Below, in pieces: positions 45,656 through 46,857 of a stretch of DNA of 46,857 nucleotides. The stretch spans positions 1-46,857 of the forward strand of contig NW_021834652.1 in NCBI RefSeq assembly GCF_006345805.1, given 5' to 3'. The notes beneath the pieces were generated by a model, which worked only from the letters and a program-made list of their open reading frames with translations, was not told the origin of the DNA and searched no databases. The translations under genes and the position numbers were made by a program. Numbering within the stretch: the first letter of the stretch is position 1; every line of letters begins with the position of its first letter. The DNA is from Octopus sinensis. Its lineage: Eukaryota.

Positions 45656-46192
45656 CAGGGTGTTCAAAAAGTCTCTCCGCAGTAAATTTTTTCATCCTGC
45701 GCATGCGCAACTTGGCTATCACTGCGTGGGCGGCCGGATGTCAGCCATTGTCCCTCAGCCATTGTGTATCCTTCAGCGTGTCGACATGCGATGCGAACCA
45801 TTGAAGATCGCACATACTTCGCGCATTACCATGGCGCTACTTCAAAAGTTTTTCGGTGAACGGATTATTTCGAAGGGTCTTTGGCCACCAAGAGCCCCTG
45901 ATTTAGTACCGCCAGACTGTTTTTTTCTGGGGAGCAAATAAAGGATCAATGTGCAAGAATCACCAGAAAGCCATTAATGAGCTAAAAGACGCCTCAGACT
46001 CTCCAAGATGTATTTCAAAACCTGTGTAGAAGAGTTAGTATTAAAAATGGAGGCCGACACTTTCAACACCTCTTAAAAAGTTTTCTTAAAGTCTTGTAAA
46101 GACTAATACATTCTTTTATAGTCTTATACCATCTTATAAATATTTATTTTGCAATAAAATACTCACTTCGGAGAGACTTTTTGAACACAGTG
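45656..46192 (+). mobile_element. Internally deleted Tc1/mariner-superfamily element
   Basis: TA-flanked TIRs cagggtgttcaaaaagtctctccg / cggagagactttttgaacacagtg; transposase remnants FFGERIISKGLWPPRAPDLVPPDCFF and GGRHFQHLL*. Confidence 0.88.
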
Positions 46193-46329
46193 TATGTACG
46201 TGAGTGTATAGCTGTGTGATTAAAGGGGACACCTCGTTTGGTGCTTAGTCCTACTGTGCGAAAACCATGAACAAGTATTTTGTATCAAGCCAAGCTTAGA
46301 AGATTTAGTAGACGGAAATTGTACGGAAG

Positions 46330-46357
46330 CATGCTGTATATGTATGTATATATATAT

Positions 46358-46388
<31 letters not shown>

Positions 46389-46734
46389 ATATATATTATA
46401 TATTATATATATATATAATATGTGTGTGTTGTGTGGTGTGTGAATATAAAGGGGAGAGAGAGAGAGATAGAAGAGAGAGAGAAATAATGATGCCAATAAC
46501 ACCTTGGGTTGATATATAAAATATACATAGAAATATACACGTATACTTTTAAGGGATACAGGCACATATACACATACACAAGTATAATATACATACATTT
46601 ATATGTATATATATACATACATACACACATTCATAACACACACACCCACACACACACATATATACATATTTATATATCTATATATACACACTTCCACACC
46701 AAATACATATATATCTGTATATCTCTATATGTCT

Positions 46735-46769
<35 letters not shown>

Positions 46770-46857
46770 CACATACATACATTCATACATGCATACATAC
46801 ACAACACACACGCTACACACACACACATATATATATAATTTTTATGTAAACATAACA
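46330..46857. repeat. Compound TA/GA/CA microsatellite field
   Basis: Direct. Confidence 0.85.

Noticed and set aside
199-46748. The many IYIY, CVCV, HTHT, LSIY, poly-S/V/L/N ORFs in the track
   Set aside because: They are translations of microsatellites, which lack stop codons in some frames.

Overview
Repeat-saturated, AT-rich animal genomic DNA. It is most likely octopus/cephalopod, inferred from the dense (TA)n/(CA)n/(TCTA)n microsatellites and the recurrent tRNA-headed SINE families. I find no host protein-coding gene, rRNA, genuine tRNA or CRISPR array that I can support; most ORFs in the track are microsatellite translations. Four SINE families recur, labelled here A (head aaggcggcgagctggcagaaacgttagc), B (head ggaggcgcaatggcccagtggttaggg), C (head ggcgcatggctcagtggttagagc) and D (head ggctgtgtggtaagtagcttgct, with an internal microsatellite). 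Other elements: fragments of RTE, CR1/L2 and R4/Dong-type LINEs, several Tc1/mariner derivatives and MITEs, and a short Helitron. The main signal not explained by the ORF track is a set of type I hammerhead ribozyme (HHR) motifs from three unrelated sequence families, all with a palindromic stem III as in Penelope-like-element HHRs. (1) A ~450-bp near-perfect palindrome at 2192-2641 carries one HHR on each strand. (2) A lone HHR with a bulged stem I lies at 44016-44073. (3) A three-copy dispersed repeat (441-478 minus, 22138-22175, 38676-38714) has U instead of A6 in the core in every copy. All folds were derived by eye; none was computed or tested.
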